Positions 63,823 to 64,000 of a DNA stretch of 64,000 bases are shown here, one piece after another. The translations under genes and the position numbers were made by a program. Source of the stretch: Lingula anatina (Eukaryota > Animalia > Brachiopoda); contig CM120648.1 of assembly GCA_051362555.1 (NCBI GenBank), forward strand, positions 4,956,587-5,020,586. Reading direction: 5' to 3'. Under the pieces are notes generated by a model. It was not told the origin of the DNA, made no database searches, and was given only the letters and a program-made list of their open reading frames with translations. Position 1 is the stretch's first letter. The number at the start of each line of letters is the position of its first letter.

Positions 63823-64000
63823 GTAATAATTAACTTATTATGTTCTTAGTAGGCTTTAAGGATATGTATACTAATGGATAAGCGTAACTGAAATATACAT
63901 TTAAGTTCAAAAACCAATGCTATTATAGTTTTTAATAATTTACTTACTTATTCACTAATGCATGACCATAATAGTTTACTATGTTAATAAATGAATATCT

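Overview
AT-rich, intron-containing animal genomic DNA, probably a marine invertebrate (inferred only from the repeat spectrum and frequent TAGGCCTA/TACATGTA words). Gene models were reconstructed by hand from GT-AG junctions and reading-frame continuity. (1) An inhibitor-of-apoptosis (IAP) cluster: a lone divergent BIR ORF at 1.7 kb, a frameshifted BIR pseudo-exon at 22.6 kb and an intact 4-coding-exon BIR-BIR-UBA-RING gene at 32.1-34.8 kb. (2) A 10-exon minus-strand gene (45.9-51.4 kb, 731 aa) fusing a CitE/malyl-CoA-lyase-family domain to a double-hotdog domain that resembles bacterial mesaconyl-C1-CoA hydratase, behind a mitochondrial-type presequence. This is the most striking observation. 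(3) A head-to-head pair of Arf-like GTPase genes that both lack the catalytic switch-II Gln and share a C-terminal extension. (4) The 5' part of a divergent phosphatidylinositol-synthase (CDIPT)-like gene. The rest is dense transposon material: a very young RT-less BEL/Pao LTR element in the IAP 3' UTR, a Kolobok-like element carrying two convergent spliced units, a spliced Ginger-like integrase, Tc1, LINE, SINE, THAP and SWIM remnants, and many MITEs with visible target-site duplications (TSDs). No rRNA, tRNA gene or CRISPR array was found.
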